NCBI GenBank assembly: GCA_002633005.1
Contig: NMRA01000141.1
Location: 1-64,000, forward strand
Length of the DNA: 64,000 nucleotides
Origin: Phoronis australis
Lineage: Eukaryota > Animalia > Phoronida
Reading direction: 5' to 3'
Shown here one piece after another: positions 63,461-64,000 of this stretch (position 1 is its first letter; each line of letters opens with the position of its first letter). The notes beneath the pieces are model-generated. The model was not told the DNA's origin and did not search any database. It saw only the letters and a program-made list of their open reading frames with translations. The position numbers were made by a program, and so were the translations under genes.

Positions 63461-64000
63461 GTAAGTACATAGTCGAGACTAATTTTGTATTTGGTTTCTT
63501 CGACCGAACGTTAGTTTGTAGCCACTATAAGTATAAAGCTAATAAGCGTTTCTCCTTTTCTGCACAGTTCACTTCCGGTCATCACGTATGCCAAGAGAGT
63601 GGTAATCTTTCTGAAATAACCTTAGATTCAAATGAATACATCACATAGACGTAAAATGAAAAATAACGTACTTACACGTCTATAATCAATGGGAATGTAC
63701 TCATAACTGTGTCATTCCAAAGATACATTCAGATGCCCGGTGCGCTTCATCAGGAGTCCCCGGTAAACAAACGCTTCCCCCAGCATTTGAAAATCTTTGG
63801 CAGACTTGGTATAGCATTTGTGAGGGGACACTGCATGGATATTGATATCGTCTATCACTTAATGTGTGTTTCTGGTTTTGTATTCAGGTCTTTATTAAGC
63901 AGTTAATATCTCATTGTATTTTGGGTCATTTTAGAGTAGATGCGTGTCTTTACTCCATGGGATTTGAACGGGGAAATGACGTGAAGCTTTGTTCCGATAA

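Overview
Animal genomic DNA, probably a marine invertebrate, from a gapped draft assembly (N-runs at 1552-2193, 25079-25563, 44428-44827 and 58551-59390, plus several single-N joins). Host-gene content is sparse. It comprises the promoter and first coding exon of a GRAF/oligophrenin-family RhoGAP (10344-10497), a candidate two-exon acidic orphan gene (36523-36571 + 41966-42567), and exons of a type I membrane protein with ephrin-receptor-like Cys-rich repeats (60759-63460). Most of the rest is transposon-derived: a near-complete Copia element with LTRs and TSD, two stacked BEL/Pao copies, a decayed Gypsy, LINE fragments, an SGNH-esterase cassette of probable Ngaro/DIRS type, and Kolobok-, hAT5-, CACTA- and Tc1/mariner-like DNA elements. 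Four structures are least explained. (1) A ~4.9-kb palindrome made of two foldback elements. (2) A ~1.5-kb hierarchical repeat with a hairpin-rich core; a second copy of the core sits next to an inverted copy of the RhoGAP promoter. (3) A possible splice switch between the esterase and a gag-like ORF. (4) Inward-facing TTAA-bounded ends 17.6 kb apart. All family assignments come from motif recognition by eye, not from database searches.
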